Below the pieces are notes generated by a model. That model was not told where the DNA came from. It saw only the letters and a list, made by a program, of their open reading frames with translations, and ran no database searches. Below, in pieces: positions 1 to 13,349 of a stretch of 64,000 bases of DNA. How positions within the stretch are numbered: the first letter of the stretch is position 1; each line of letters begins with the position of its first letter. Position numbers and translations under genes: made by a program. Source of the DNA: Lytechinus pictus (taxonomy: Eukaryota). The DNA lies in contig NC_087251.1 of NCBI RefSeq assembly GCF_037042905.1, positions 33,110,001-33,174,000 of the forward strand. Reading direction: 5' to 3'.

Positions 1-1510
1 CTTCATTTTGGTCTAAAATTCAAATAATCCCAACTCTTTGTGAAACGTGTTCTCAGAAAAAAAAGATCTTGCACTGAACCTTTCCTAGATTCCGTCCGAT
101 AAAGATGTAGCTTATAGGGACCCGTTTCCTTAAGACTCCCCTTTGCAGTGACTGTGCCATTGGGGAGTTTCGCACTGCGACGCAGAACGATTTCAAGAAC
201 ATAGCGAATGCATTTTTAAATGCCCTTCATGACAAAAAGCAGCCACGAATTCTTTGTGGAAAGTTGTTGGATCAAAACAGCAGCTTCGCCCTGGACTCTG
301 GACGAATGACATTATTTGCAAGTTTTCGTCAGCTCAGAAGTTAGGACGTAACTGCTGTTTCGTTTCACCAATTTTCGACAAAGACCTCTTAGCCGTTCAT
401 CGTTATTTGGTGGGCATTTTTCAATACATAATACACCTGAGGCCAGAAGTTTGCATACACCCAGGAAATTCAAAGAAAAGTTGACACTTGCCAAACAACA
501 TAAAATTTACTGTATCTTATAAAGCATTTTTGCTATCATGATGAATTTTATATCAAACAAAAAAATTAATGAGTATGTCATGACCCTTCATCACACTGCT
601 TTGCCATCAGGAGCTGAAAAATATTTAGGTGTAATTTTTTTCCCAAAATATCTTCATATAAAAACGTTTCATATTTGTGCTAGTTACCAAATTTCTCAAC
701 ACAAACATTTCAGATTACACTTTTTATAGAAAATGTAATACAAATCATAGATTTGATATTTATATATTTCTATGAAATGATGTATGAAAATATGATAAAC
801 AATAGAATACATTTGGCACGAATATTACTTTTTTTTTCTTCAAAGAAAATTCCACCTGAAATATACGTTAATCCCAACGGCATCCCAATCATGTGTAAGA
901 GCTTAATACGCTCTTTCATTTGATGCCAAATTTGTCATGTTAGTATTTATATTTCTGAAGATTTTTTACATGTTTGGAAAGCGAAAAAAATTCACTGAAT
1001 TCCATGGGTGTAAACTTTTGGCCTCAACTATACTATGTTCTTGAATCCATTCTGCGTCGCGGTGTAAAAACTTATCAGGTGTATGGTAACTAAGTAACAG
1101 GGCTCAGCAAAACAAGGCTTCCATCATGTTCATGGTTCAAAGTTGCTAAATTGTAAGTCTTTACGAAACGGACAACTGGAAACTTTTGAAATTTAATATT
1201 GAATTCTTGATTGATTTGTGCAGGATATGTCGCAGATGTGACGGGCTCTTTCAACGCTTCATATATGTTCATCGCAGGGGTAGAAATCCTTGTATCCTGT
1301 CTCATGATTCCATCAATAATTGCCGAGAAGTTGAAGGAACGCACGGCGGACTAAACGAGAACCTCACAGATACTTCACAAATGTGTATACTGGGATATAC
1401 ATTTCAGGGTCATTAAAAAAAAGAAGAGGAAAGCCGGCTGGAAATTTCACCTGCATAAAACAATTGTGCATTTGTGCTGATGATGTGACATTGAAATAAC
1501 ATATGAGGAC
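1..1510 (+). repeat. Segmental duplication copy A (direct repeat of 42960-44472)
   Basis: Colinear near-identity from CTTCATTTTGGTC to ATATGAGGAC; homology stops at the MITE starting at 1510. Confidence 0.95.
1224..1354 (+). CDS. Terminal exon of an upstream tandem SLC16-like paralogue (rest of the gene lies upstream of the window)
   Basis: Near-identical to 44186-44316 with the same acceptor and stop; encodes VEILVSC instead of VELLLSC. Confidence 0.82.
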
Positions 1511-2014
1511 AGAGGCGTCGATCATGGGGGGCAGGCAACCGCCCCACCAATGAAAATATTGGGGGGGGGGGGGCAAACATATCGTTTTGCCCCCCCCAAT
1601 AATTCCGCATGTGAAAAAAAATAAAATAAGATTGTAATGTTACACAGAAATCAGCAAGCGAGATCGAGATACACAACTCGTTCTTCATCTACAATCGTGC
1701 TCAAAATGTCCGGTTTTTAGATTAGAATATAAAAAAATTTCAGCTCGCGCTTCGCGCTCGCATCATTTCTGTAGCAAAAACCCATACTTTTCATGATTTA
1801 ATAGGTGAATAGAATGTCCCGTTTTCAGTTCTATACCTCAAAAGAACTCCCACTTCGATTTGCAATAATCTTTTGTTGGATATATTTCTTGTTCTTTATT
1901 AAAAACGTCAAAAACTTTTTTTTTTTAAGATCAAAATATCAAAATTTTCAGCTCGCGCTTCGCGCTCGCATCTATTATTTTTAATTTTTTTTAAAATTTA
2001 ATTTGTTGGTGAGA

Positions 2015-2064
<50 letters not shown>

Positions 2065-2437
2065 TATATTGTAAAGAAATGGATGAAGAGAACAATGGTA
2101 GGCGTAGCTTAAATCAAGGTTCCCCAGAGCTATCTACCCTTTGGAAAAATTGGTGATGCCGAAAAAATGTCTCTGCCGGGAATCGAACCCGGGCCCCTAG
2201 CTTTGAACGCCGGTGCCTTAACCACTAGACCACAGAGACGGGTTAGTGGCTAGGGCGACCCCGATCCGATTGACCGTCTGATAGACAGATTTTCGACACT
2301 ATACCAATTATAATTTCCTTTGTCGGGTGAAGGTGGGTTTCGAACAATGACAAGTCGCCATGCTTCAGCTGGATCAAAGCTATTGCTTTGATACAGTACA
2401 CGAGAACGTGCCCCCCCCCCCCGTAGCTACGCCACTG
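1510..2437. mobile_element. Composite hAT-type MITE remnant (left end of the family at 22616; right end GTAGCTACGCCACTG from a related family) containing a (TA)n microsatellite and a tRNA-like unit
   Basis: Starts CAGAGGCGTCGATC; 1510-~2015 aligns to 22616-~23210, including the GCTCGCGCTTCGCGCTCGC motifs; no matching TSD. Confidence 0.7.
2168..2239 (-). tRNA. tRNA-like unit (tRNA-Glu-like body, anticodon loop reads TCA); probably a SINE head or tRNA pseudogene
   Basis: Minus strand GTCTCTG TG GTCT AGTGGTTA AGGC A CCGGC GTTCAAA GCTAG GGGC CCGGG TTCGATT CCCGG CAGAGAC A, then T6. Acceptor and T stems are perfect and A/B boxes are present; the anticodon stem has a C-A mismatch. Confidence 0.6.
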
Positions 2438-2758
2438 CACAAAAGGTTTCACAATCAAGTCATGAACTAACTAACCTTCGGGGCAGGGAACCGTGTAAGC
2501 TGGGGCCAGTATTCACCTCTGTACAAGCCCTTGTACTGGTATTCAAGTTTATACCGTGCTATAGGCTCTAGTTGGGTTCACCTTAACAATATAAAACTTC
2601 AACACCAAACTCTATTTATTCATATTTTGTCTATTATATAGCCTACCATCATCGATTCGGTTCGGATGCTGTATTATATGGTTATGAAATAGACGGGGTA
2701 CAAAAATAAACGATACAGGTATAGAGATCAGAAAGTTATTTTGATATTCACTTTATTC

Positions 2759-5700
2759 TAGACAAGACCAATATGGGGAGAACTTGAGTTCAAGGAGCAT
2801 TTTGGGGTAAAAGTTGGGAACCGGTCTATTTCACCTAATTTGAATGTGCTGAATCTGATAAGACCGGTTCCCAAGCCAATTTTTCATGTTTTGACCACCT
2901 AATTTGCATTTTAAAAAATGGCTGCCAAATTGATAATTTATAATCTTATTTCTACACTATTCTTTTATAAGAATCGCTTTCACCGATATGGATACTGCAA
3001 AATCCTGCATACTGAACATGTACCATTCGGTAAAATTTGTTATTTCTGTTTCCAGCTAATTATTTATGCAAATTTATGCATATTTTGCAATATTATGCTA
3101 TAATTTGATAATTACACTTAAAATGTTTATTATTTTGGGTACAAATAGCATTTGTATCATTATTGTGATAATTGTTTGGCCCTTGAATATATAATACTCG
3201 GTCAATTTTATATGTATTTTATTGTTCTTTGATATTTCTTTTGTGTTCTTGTATTTTCTGCCATTTGCTTTGTATATGTTTGATATGAGATCTTTAAAAA
3301 ATAATATCAATGGCAGACAAATTTTAAGCTTCAATGATAGAATCATTTGATAAACTTCTTTTGGCACAACTGTTAATTGTACTCAGGAACAAATACACAC
3401 ACATGCTCACACACCCACACCTGTATATAGAAAGTAATATACTTGCAAAGTATATTAGACATGCCCAATATAAAAACATTGATGCTGATCCTATAATCAT
3501 GACAATTACCAAATTCAATGAACCCGTAAGAAAAGAAGAGTTAGAAGTTGGAAACCTGTAATCATGCTGAACTTAAATTTCTTGAAATTTAAGTTATTTA
3601 GTTTTTTATAACAGATCTAATAATCAATTTAACGTATGATTTACGCAGTGCAGTTTATTAATCGGATATAAGTAGCAGTACATCCTTGTAGCAAAATTAT
3701 ATCTTTGATTCAGCTCCATCAGAACTACAACCATGGCAGTTAACCAAAGAACAATTTGTAATAAATGCAAAGGGTCTGTATTACTGGATCGCTAACTAAT
3801 TTTTTTGGTCATTACTGATTTATTTATTTATTTATTTGGCAACGATACATTTTCCCCAAGTCAACCATCAAAGTGATAACTGAAAACCACAGCTTCTATC
3901 CAGTCCTTGCCTTGGAAGATTCTTTGACGAACGATACTGAATACAGAAGAGGAAATGATAAAAAAACATGGGGCTAAACACAGATTAACTCCATGGTAAA
4001 AACATGGGAAAAACAAGGTTTCCAGCCCAGTCCCTGCCCAATGCAGAACAAATTTTCACAGTGTGTCCTATGGTTAAAAAGTGCTAGAAATGCCTGTTGA
4101 AGGTAAACCAACATGGAGACAGTTGCAGAAGTCCGGTCTAGAGGTTATCCGGTCATGGATGATATTTTCCGCACCACCGCATGTAAGACAATGTCTGATC
4201 TCAGCACATCTGTGGAGGTAAATATGTAGATTGGCAGACATGTGATGCGTGTTTCTTCATGCTCATTGTTCTATCAAAGACTACGCCAAGAGATCTAGCC
4301 TTGCATACTAAGATATGTAGCTTCCTCACCTATTAATACTGGAGTTGTAGTCATAATAATTACGCATATATGGAGATGACAAAACAAGATACTTCGCTTT
4401 TTACTGTTAAGCTCCAGGAAGTTGACCTTCATCCAACATCGAATCCTCAATGGCAGTACCAACAACAGCAGATGCACGAACCTCTGTATCTTTAACTTTT
4501 AGATCAAAAGTGAGGTATACAGCTGGATGTCATCAGCATAGAAGTGTATACCAAGACCATGTTGCCACATTATAGAGCCAGGAGGAGTGATGTACAGTTT
4601 AAAGAACAAGGGACAAGGACAGACTCCCAAGGAACTCCATATCAAAGGGTAGTCACAGGAAACTGCATGCCAGTGATGAATACAGCTTCATACAGCTCTA
4701 TTGGCAAGGTAAGAGGAAACCTGCCATTGGAGTGCAGAATCATCAATTCCAAAACAGACTGTCAGTCTCCCAAGAAGAATGACATGTTCAGGTATCAAAA
4801 CCGGTTGACAAGTCAAACATAACTTAGGCAACTGCTTTTCTCATAGAAAGAGAAATCCTGTCTCTACAATCGAAGAAATTCTCGACCTAGACTTTGATGG
4901 TGATATCTCAGACTCGCATGCAGCCTATCAGAGCTGGGTAAGCTATTGGATGCTGTTGGGTTTAATACCGATCAAAAGAAGTGGATTAATAATCACCTGC
5001 AGGAACGCCAAACATGCCAGGAACCCACCATCCTCTGAAATATATCTTCGTTATCAATTTGAAATAGTCTATCTTATGAAGATATGAAGATGTGTGAATA
5101 TTAGAAGTTCGATAAATGGCCTAGAAGACATTAGGCAATTCACTGCGGTATTGAAAAGGTGCACTTCGAGCATTTTAACACCTGGAACAACATCTGGTTA
5201 GACAGCAGATTCTCTCTCAAGACAAAAATTAAGGTTTTGTTTATGGATTTGTGACATGAGAATCGGACATATCTCATGAACGCAAACACGATGACTTCGA
5301 TACGAACTGCCTCCGCAGAATACTTGTACTAAATTGGTTTGATTTCAACAATTAGAGATTACTTTTATAATATGATGCTGCCCTATCAATCAAGCCATCC
5401 AATGGAACACCAAATCGATGATAACTGACATTGATCATTCAACACCCGCCGCCGAAGGTAAAGGTGTATATCAAGCCGGGAGAAGCTGGATGCCTCTAAG
5501 TTGGATGAAGCGGCAATCCTAGATCATGTAGATAGGTTAGGTGCAGTACTGCATTGGAAAAGATATATTATGGAGATGCACATGTAATCCGTTAATGAAG
5601 TCCAATGATTAAAAAAATTGTTATTAAAAGGATATCCAGTGACTTATTCGTTGTGGAACTTTGGAACATCACAGTCTAGCTTTTAAAACACGGAAAACGG

Positions 5701-6861
5701 TTAAATTGGTAGGCAAAATAAAAAATTAGATGAATAATTATATGTGGGTTCAGTTCTGATTTTTTTTCTTCAAAATTGGGACAATTTGACAAGCGTAATA
5801 GAGAGAAACACAGGACATCTCATTTTCAGCAGACTGTTTTCACTTCATTTTGCTGAAGAAAAACACTAAATATATATACATGTATGAGTGATCAGATTCT
5901 GTTGGTCAGGAACATAACTACTCCAAAGGATATTAAATGCAACTGATTGACTATTAGGAGTTGAGAATTACAGTTCTATTATGATTCAAATTTAATAATT
6001 CATCATCTAAAATTGTGAATATGAATGAATTGATTGATATCATAATTCAAGATACCATTTTATAATAAAAATTTTAGCAATTAATAGTGACATTCGCTTG
6101 AATACAGATAGGTTCATGAAATTCGTTGGATCTCCACCAGTGTGCTTTTAAATGGGAAAGCTCTCCGTGCAGGAGTTTACCTTTGTATGCAGATGTGGGT
6201 GTGGGAGTGGGTGCATCTGTTTGTGCCCATGGATATATGCGAATAAAAAATTTAAAAAAGTGATTACATAATTAAATCATTGAAGATTATTATTTTCTGC
6301 CATTGATAATCAATAATTTGACAGATCCCATAACAAAACATGTACAAAACAAAAGGTACAAAATACAAAGAAATACATAAGAAATTCAAAAACAATAAAA
6401 TACATTATTATTCACTGTGATATCATATTATAAGGGCCGTACAATTATTTATAATGATTTAAATGCTATTTGTACCAAAAATATAAACATTTGAGCTGAA
6501 ATTATCAAATTATAGCATAATGATCCAAAATATGCATAAATTTGCATAATTAATTAGCCGCAAACAAAAATAACAAGTTTTCCCGAAAGGTACACGTGCG
6601 TATGCAGGATTTTGCAGTATTCATGTCTGTGAAAGCGAATATGATTAAAGAACATTGTCGAAATAATATTCTGAATTGTCAATTTGGCAGCCATTTTGTT
6701 TATGCAAATTAGGTGGTCAAAACATGGGAAATTAGCTTGGGAACCGATCTTATCAGATTCAGCATATATGAATTGTGTGAAATAGTCCAGTTCCCAACTT
6801 TTACCAAAAAATGCTTCTTAAAATTTATATAGGCCTCTTTTTCCAGAATGGGTCTAGTCTA
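2759..6861. mobile_element. Non-autonomous Academ-like DNA transposon with long imperfect TIRs
   Basis: Ends TAGAC..GTCTA; 3-bp TSD TTC (2756-2758, 6862-6864), confirmed against the uninterrupted site in the other LTR; diverged inverted arms of ~600 bp. Confidence 0.8.
4100..5700 (-). pseudogene. Highly decayed L2/CR1-group LINE reverse transcriptase remnant inside the Academ-like element
   Basis: Minus strand HFYADDIQLY at ~4517-4546 and a YGVP..SVL-like motif at ~4615-4645; boundaries approximate. Confidence 0.6.
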
Positions 6862-7709
6862 TTCAGCTTTTAACTCCAATATAGTCTTCAGACTTTACAA
6901 GAACCGAGTTCACATACAACTACATGTACAAGGTTGAAGAGCATGAAGATCGAGTCAACTGCCAGGTTACTTAGCATGGTACATGTTGTCTACTCTCTCA
7001 ATACATACATGTATCAATGGTCCTGTTCACGACACGACTCATATAAACCAAACCAAGAATGTTTCTATTCATAAGCACCTTGCCTGGTGCAGGCATACAA
7101 TACAGGCATACAATTCACTTCAGGCTCTACATGTATGCCCAAGAGTTATGCTTGCACCTGTTATTCATATCACTACAATTCTCCCCTACTTTGTAATAAT
7201 CTCCTCCTGGAGATTACAACAAATATGATTCATAATAATCTACAATATTTAACACATGTGCTTTCAATATTGTAGCATGGTTTGATTATTTTTCACAGGT
7301 ATCATGACCTCTCTTTTTGTAAAATTTGAGAAGTAATCTATTCATCTATAAAAGTTTGGAATAGTGATTAACATATATATGACAAGCCGGTGCCAGTGAA
7401 AAACAAGTTAACTGAGTGACATTTTTTCTTACTATTTTTTTAATTTCACAAAACTTCAAAATGGAATAATGGTGAAGTCCAACATGCAAACAAATAAAGT
7501 TGATCAATAAATGTCAGGATTTTTTTTTGACAATTACAAATTGATTTGCATTTTTTAATGTATACTGGTACATGGTTGCATGGGAATTAATCACCATTTT
7601 CACATTCTGTATATATTTCCAATTAAACATTTACGAAAAACAATCAAATAAATTACCTATCTCAAAACAATTGAAATGCACGTAAAGTTTTGTATGTCTT
7701 TAGCAAATT

Positions 7710-10700
7710 TCAAATGCTAGACTTTGGAAGTCGAAATGGATTCTGATGTTTACCCCGTGAGACTCGTGTACTTCTACGGAGCACAGGGGCGACAGGCGAC
7801 TGAATTACAGACATGGGAGTAGTGAAAGGAATCTCCCCTACATTGTAAACACTTGGCTCTTCAATCCCTTGTTTACACCCCCTAATCAACACTTCATCCG
7901 TGTCTGACTCTGAATCATCTGATTGATGAAAGTGTTGGTGACAATGGGTCTCCCCTACTTTTTGTTTGTCAACATGGGCCTTAGAATTATGTCCATCTGA
8001 CATCATTACCTCCTCAGAACCAACATCACCATGTTTATCATCATATTGCATTGCTGGGGATATTCTCAGCAGTCGTCGGTGTACCACCTTTTCATTTCCT
8101 CCTCTGACAGGCCTGATAGCATAAACATCTTCTTCTCTATTATGCCATAAGACAACATACTGATCCCTCTCATACACATCTTTGATTTTGTGTCTACCAG
8201 GGAAAGTACATTTTTTCAAAAGTACTTGGTTACCAATAGGAATGCCCTTACCAAATGCTGGGGCCTTGGCATCATGCAGCCCTTTATTATGTGCAGCAGA
8301 TTGCTTAACTCTTTCTTGCACTATCTGATTAGTCCGCTCCAGGAGCTCAGATTGTTGACTAACAAAATCTTGATTCCAATCACAATCTGTACGGCCCAAA
8401 ATCTGATCAAGTGGTATGAGTGGTTCTCGACCGAACATTAGAGTATATGGAGCTATTCCAGTCGTGCAATGAGGGGTTGTGTTGTACACAAACACCAAAT
8501 GAGACAAAAAAATCTGGCCACCTATGTCTTGCCTTCGGATCTAAGGATTTAATCAATCCAAATAATGTACGATTGAATCTTTCTGCTTGTCCATTTCCCT
8601 CCGGATGATATGGGGATGTGTGAGTCTTTGTTATTCCATACAATTTGCAAAGCTCCTTAACCACCTCCCCCTCAAAATTTCTGCCTTGTTCACTGTGTAT
8701 TCTGTTAGGAATACCAAACTTTGTAAACCAATGATCTCTTAGAACCTTTGCAACTGTTACAGCATGTTGGTCCCTACAAGTCACTGCTTGGGTAAATTTG
8801 GTATACACGTCAGTGATTACCAACACATCTTCTACACCGCCTAGTCCTTTATCAATTTTCACAAAGTCAATTGCCACTACCTCTAATGGTCGAAAAGTTA
8901 TTAGATGTCTCATTGGCGTTCTAATGCGTGGTTGGGAGGCCTTAGCTATTACACACTGTGTACAATTACTAACATGCTTATGCACTGATGCTGCCATCCT
9001 TGGCCAATAAACACGCCTTCTAAGAACAGAAAAGGTCCTAGTGACCCCTTGATGACCCCAACCATCATGGGCTCCTTCTAAAACCCTTACACGAAGACAT
9101 TCTGGTAGCAAGTACTGAAAGATTTCACCATGTATAGGATCATTTACATGCCTACAGAGAACGCCATCCTTCTCAACAATCCTTGACCACTGCCACAACC
9201 ATCGCCTAACTTCTGCTGGCTCTCTGATACCGCTAACTACATCTGTAGGCTCGAAGCCTTTATCCCAACGTTTCCAAACATACTTAAGGATGGGGTCTGA
9301 CCTTTGCAATGCTGTCACCTGACTTGGAGACAAAGATGGGAAAATCCCAGGGGAAGATCTATCTGGAGGAAAGTTACAAGTTCCTTGATTCACAGCTGCG
9401 ACACAAGGTTCAGTTTTATTGATGCCTGTTCCTGTAGTACCAAGTACTGCACACATTACCTGCTCTACTTCTACTGCGCAGAAAAAATATGTTCAGGATA
9501 CCGGCTCAAGGCATCCGCACATTTGTTACTCTTAACAGAACGAAATTTAATATCAAAATTAAAAGCTGCTAACTGGGCAACCCATCTCATTGCGCAAGCA
9601 TCTAACTTAGCAGTGTGAATATGGGCAAGCGGGTTATTATCTGTCAGAACCGTGAACAAACCTCCGATCAAATAGTCGCGAAACTTATCGACAACTGCCC
9701 ATTTCAACGCGAGGAGTTCAAGTTTAAAGGAACTGTAATCGGGATAATTCTTCTCTGCCCCTCTCAATCCTCGACTTGCATAAGCTATGGGATGTGGGAC
9801 ACCTTGATTATCTTCTTGTAACAAACATGCACCTAGTCCCTTCAAAGAGGCATCAATCTCTAAAATAAATGGCCTTGAAAATCTGGGTATTTCAACACTG
9901 GAACATTTGCCAGTCTTACTTTCAACTCATCAAATGCTCTTTGAGCCTCTTTGGTCCAACAGAAGGATTGTTTAGGTTTGCTAGACTTTCCCTTCACAGT
10001 TGGAGGTAATATGTCATGAAGTGGTGCTGCTATGGATGAAAAATCTTTAACGAAACGCCTATAATAACTTGCAAGGCCTAAAAATGACCTCAACTCATCA
10101 GAATTTCTTGGAACTGGCCAGTCCAACACCTTTTGAACCTTATCTTTATCTAGAGAAATGCCTTCAGCATTCACCACATGGCCTAAATATGTAGCTTCCC
10201 TTTGAAACAAACTACATTTTTTTCCTTTGACCTTTAAACCAAACTCACCTAGTCTTGTAAGAACTTTATCTAAAGTATCTAAGTGGACATCAATTGAAGG
10301 AGAAAATAAAAGAATGTCATCTAAATAAATTAGCAACTCTGTCAAGTTCATGTCACCTAAACACCGCTCCATCACTCTTTGAAACGTACTCGGAGCATTG
10401 GTCAAACCAAAGGGCATTCTATTATATTGAAATAAACCAAATGGAACGCGAAAAGCTGACTTCTTTCTAGAGTCAGCATCCATTACAACTTGGTGATAGC
10501 CGTGAGCTAAATCAAGAGATGAAAAATAAACTGCACCATTAAGGGCCTCTAGAGATTCTTCTATACGTGGCAACGGAAAAGCATCTTTCAACGTTTTCTT
10601 ATTAAGTTGACGATAATCAACACATATGCGCAAACTACCATCTTTTTTCTTGACAAGAACTACAGGGCTTGCATAAGGACTATTACTTGGCTCTATTATC

Positions 10701-11974
10701 CCTTGATCTAACAATTGCCGTAAAGTGTCCTTCACTTCTTTGACATAATGTGGGGGAATTCTACGATATGGTTGATTAACCGGTATATCATCAGTTGTCT
10801 TTATTTCATGTGGTACTTCCGAACAAAAACCAACATCGAAATCTCCCTTAGAAAAAACAGCATCATGTTTTTGAATGAGACGTACCACTCTTTCCTTTTC
10901 ATCCCTAGAAACCTTACAAGATTCCAGATTCAATCCTGGCGGCAAAGTATATTGACTACCATCACTAAAAGTATACACATCCTTTGGATTACTTTCCTTT
11001 TCCTGCACATCCTGCAATCTATTAGGAGCCTCACTGGGTGACTCTACTAGTACATTTAAGATGGAAACACTGAGATATTGATATTGAGGTTCTACAATAA
11101 TTTCATTGGAATCTAAGACTTCAGTCACGTTCACCAATTTGCTAAATGGGGGAATAACTAAGGGTTGGGAGCCAAGATTCCCTATTAAAACTGTAACCGA
11201 CTTGCCATTACTCTTCTCACAAGTATCATAAATTACACAAGTCTCACCAATATCATGGTTTCCTTCTACTACAACCATTTTATCCTTCAAAGCATTTGGC
11301 GGGGTTCTCAATTGACACACTACAGTCTGCACTTGTCCAGAATGTATGACTACATGTTTTCTACCAGTTCTACCATTTACAACACGACTTGGTTTACATT
11401 CCCTTTGTCTCTTGTCATTTGAATCAACAGGCTTAGTATGATCTAACCACTTCATTACAATATTCCAAGCCTCAGCATCTGACCCATTCAAATCATTTAC
11501 ATGGTCTTTCAAATCATACAATACATTACATCATAGTAACACATGACTTTGTTTACTGTCAATAATAGCCTTCCCATGCGCAGAGTCATCAACAATTAAG
11601 AAGTGGGCACCTAATGTATGGTCATTTACAGAAAGAGGAATTTCCACATATCCTTCAATTGGGATTTGTAGGTAATTTGCACCTACAACTTGTACACATA
11701 CTTTCCCTAGTTTTGTATTACTTAATTTGTCAGCCAAATGCTCATGATAAAATGATGAACTAATCAGAGAAGTTTCTGCCCCAGTATCTAATGTACACTG
11801 AACTGAAACACCAGCCAAATCAACAACTGCTTTGGGGCTCTGTTTAACTAACTTATATAATATCTCATCAGGTGTCAGTTGAGTGCTAGGAACATGGACA
11901 TCACCTACAGGGACCGACTGGGTTTCCCCCTCAACATTTCGGTCCCGTGCTAGAGAGGGGGTTTGGCGTTTAAA
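7710..11974 (-). pseudogene. pol: Pol (protease, RT, RNase H, integrase), disrupted
   Basis: LDTGA protease, YLDD RT, ELLAL/TDNNPL RNase H, HHCC plus D-(E)-E integrase. In-frame TGA at 11531 and frameshifts near 9870, 9465 and 8510. Confidence 0.95.
11910..11974 (-). promoter_or_regulatory. Programmed -1 ribosomal frameshift signal (U UUA AAC plus H-type pseudoknot)
   Basis: Slippery heptamer in gag frame at 11968-11974, 6-nt spacer, stem 1 CCCCCTC/GAGGGGG, stem 2 GGGACCGA/TCGGTCCC; the -1 frame is open into the protease. Confidence 0.85.
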
Positions 11975-13020
11975 TCACCTGAATTCTGATACTCATAATT
12001 CCTATTCTGTGATTGTTTTTGTAACTCCCAACACTGTGCCTGGATATGACCAGGTCTACCACAGTAGAAACAACTTCGATTACGTTTCTGTCTTGTATAC
12101 TTTGGAGCTGCTTGGGTCTTCCTAGCCAATAACTCTGATAATTGTTCTTGATGACGCTCCATAATAGTTTGCTGCTGCAATACACATTTTTCTAATGCAG
12201 CTTCTTGTTGTACCAAATGACGAATCAAACTACTATCCGTGTGCATGTTACTAGTACTAGCTATCCCTTCAGGACAATCATCAACTGACACCTCATATAC
12301 CAATCCACGTTTATTGGACGTACCCTCTACCTTTGTGTCAAAGCTTTCCAACAAATCTGAGGCATAATCTCTGATCTCTAAAAATGTTTTATCAGGATTA
12401 GCCAATCGGATACGCCGTAACTCTAGGAGTATGCTATTGCTACGTGCACCAGCTACAAACTTGTCAATAAGGGCAGGATCCCTAAGGCCTTTGTGTGCCT
12501 CTTTTTCCCTATCTGGTGCTACATCTATGATAGCATCATACATGCACATTAAAGCCCTTGAAAACTCATCCAAAGACTCCCCCTCCTTCTGAACTCTTTC
12601 ATGAAATCTCTTCTTGAGGGTTTGAGTAGTATCTTTAGATCCAAAATGACGTGTTAACAAAGAAAGCAAAGTATCTAGATCATCTGAAGAGACAGAGTGA
12701 CATCTGATTTCCTGGCGTGCAGCCCCATCTAAATGATTCAAAATAACTTGGGCTTTCTGTGTTATGGGAATCTCATATTGATCACAAAAAATATCCACTT
12801 TTTCCAACCATTGCGATAATGTTAAATCTCCCACAGAAGTTTTACCTGAAAATCGTGGTAATTTGGGGGCACGCAGATGTGTCACTCTACCTCCTTGCAC
12901 ATTTAAGGCATTAGTAATACCTGTTATCAATTTGTCAACTAACTCATCAGAACTTTCAGCCGTCTTGATCACTGGATTACAGTATTCAAAACTAAATTTT
13001 TTGAACAGACTAGTCACCAC
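11950..13020 (-). CDS. gag: Gag with CCHC zinc knuckle
   Basis: LPRFSG...WL capsid-like region and CFYCGRPGHIQAQC knuckle; open 356 aa; start codon uncertain. Confidence 0.9.
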   Translation of the reverse strand: MVTSLFKKFSFEYCNPVIKTAESSDELVDKLITGITNALNVQGGRVTHLRAPKLPRFSGKTSVGDLTLSQWLEKVDIFCDQYEIPITQKAQVILNHLDGAARQEIRCHSVSSDDLDTLLSLLTRHFGSKDTTQTLKKRFHERVQKEGESLDEFSRALMCMYDAIIDVAPDREKEAHKGLRDPALIDKFVAGARSNSILLELRRIRLANPDKTFLEIRDYASDLLESFDTKVEGTSNKRGLVYEVSVDDCPEGIASTSNMHTDSSLIRHLVQQEAALEKCVLQQQTIMERHQEQLSELLARKTQAAPKYTRQKRNRSCFYCGRPGHIQAQCWELQKQSQNRNYEYQNSGDLNAKPPL

Positions 13021-13349
13021 TCAAAATGTCATATTGCATATTGTTTCAAAGTCTTCTGGTAATGATGCAGTTGTCATTTCTCAAAATAATCTTCTTGTTC
13101 TTCAGATTCATGTACACTCACTTCCAAATTGATGTGACTTGTAAAAAATTCAATCATGCCATTCTATAGTAGAGTCTCCTCCATTTATTCTGCATCAGAA
13201 AGATGATTAAAGCTTCAATGTTACACAAAATTGCAAACTCAAAACAGTACTTCTAGGTCTAGATTTACTCACGCAGTGTTGAACCTCGTTCAATGGGGTC
13301 AAATACCATTTTTATCTTCCCTAAATATCCACGCTTTCCAAAATATAAT

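Larger units (their letters stand above)
2685..7177 (-). repeat. 3' LTR (2685-2758 + 6865-7177), split by a DNA transposon
   Basis: Matches 15061-15233 + 18023-18237; polypurine tract AGTAGGGGAGAAT (minus strand) at 7178-7190. Confidence 0.92.

Noticed and set aside
254..1416. Duplicated small ORFs (254, 538, 1090, 1186 and their 43-44 kb twins) as conserved genes
   Set aside because: Their identity reflects the recent duplication; the real coding frame is the exon at 1224-1354.
2168..2239. Selenocysteine tRNA
   Set aside because: Short variable loop and standard 7/5 stems rather than the extended tRNA-Sec fold.
7191..7709. Possible env gene in the gypsy element
   Set aside because: Only ~500 bp of AT-rich sequence lies between integrase and PPT, with no suitable ORF.
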